Shown here: in pieces, positions 63,832 to 64,000 of the stretch | How positions within the stretch are numbered: position 1 is the stretch's first letter | Layout of the letters: each line of letters begins with the position of its first letter | Assembly: GCA_002104905.1 (NCBI GenBank) | Contig: MCFE01000458.1 | Location: forward strand, 7,806 to 71,805 | From: Basidiobolus meristosporus CBS 931.73 | Lineage: Eukaryota > Fungi > Basidiobolomycota | Length of the DNA stretch: 64,000 nucleotides | Direction: 5' to 3' | The notes under the pieces: model-generated | Seen by the model: the letters and a program-made list of their open reading frames with translations, nothing else | What the model was told of the DNA's origin: nothing | Database searches by the model: none | Position numbers and translations under genes: made by a program

Positions 63832-64000
63832 TTCACGATAGATATTAGGATTGACTATTTCACTATGATCAACAAATTCCCCAGCCCCTTAAAATCCTGG
63901 AAATCGCTTCGATGAAAATCAGCTTGTGGCCCCACTCATGCCAGGAGATATATAGTTTATTGGGCTCGGTCAGATTTTAGTCAAAGCTTATCATAAGCGA

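Larger units (their letters stand above)
54023..64000. repeat. Tandem array of a 3,268-bp multi-tRNA unit: unit 1 54023-57290, unit 2 57291-60558, unit 3 60559-63826, partial unit 4 63827-64000; continues past the window end
   Basis: Every ORF in the track and every tRNA recurs at +3268 and +6536 (e.g. Ser tRNA at 54201, 57469, 60737). Spot checks of spacers showed no differences. Identity to the unit begins at AACGC 54023-54027. Confidence 0.97.

Noticed and set aside
54207-63848. Repeated 60-119 aa ORFs in the array (e.g. MAEWLTRCPAK.., MWRNWLARLT..)
   Set aside because: They overlap tRNA genes or start at TTG/GTG, and have no protein-like features; they are shadows of tRNA and spacer sequence.
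54023-64000. CRISPR-like or rDNA repeat
   Set aside because: The units have no variable spacers and no rRNA sequence; the context is eukaryotic.

Overview
Eukaryotic, most likely fungal, genomic DNA: introns are 50-90 nt with GT..CTRAY..AG signals, and there is a GPI-anchored Kre9/Knh1-like gene. The window has three compartments. (1) 1-34.5 kb and 39.2-47.6 kb are a strongly CpG-depleted graveyard of nested transposons. It holds a CACTA/EnSpm family with CCCTATG termini and a divergent second ORF, a 3.4-kb PIF/Harbinger element with TIRs, a 3-bp TSD and an open DDE transposase, several Ty1/copia copies with a 349-bp LTR, and a 1.07-kb solo LTR inserted at GCGC. (2) CpG-rich gene islands carry a GPI-anchored Ser/Thr-rich gene (36.1-36.7 kb), an orphan 4-exon gene (49.3-50.3 kb) and a 9-exon DHHC palmitoyltransferase whose catalytic motif is split by a 12-nt microexon (51.7-53.4 kb). 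(3) From 54,023 to the window end is a head-to-tail tandem array of an apparently identical 3,268-bp unit (3 full copies plus the start of a 4th). Each unit carries seven intact tRNA genes (Ser-GCT, Phe-GAA, Asn-GTT, Tyr-GTA with a 12-nt intron, Thr-AGT, Gly-GCC, Gly-TCC), a degenerate eighth tRNA-like element that keeps A and B boxes, and a 59-codon ORF. This rDNA-like, homogenised, CpG-intact multi-tRNA array is the standout feature. All calls are by eye; no searches were run.
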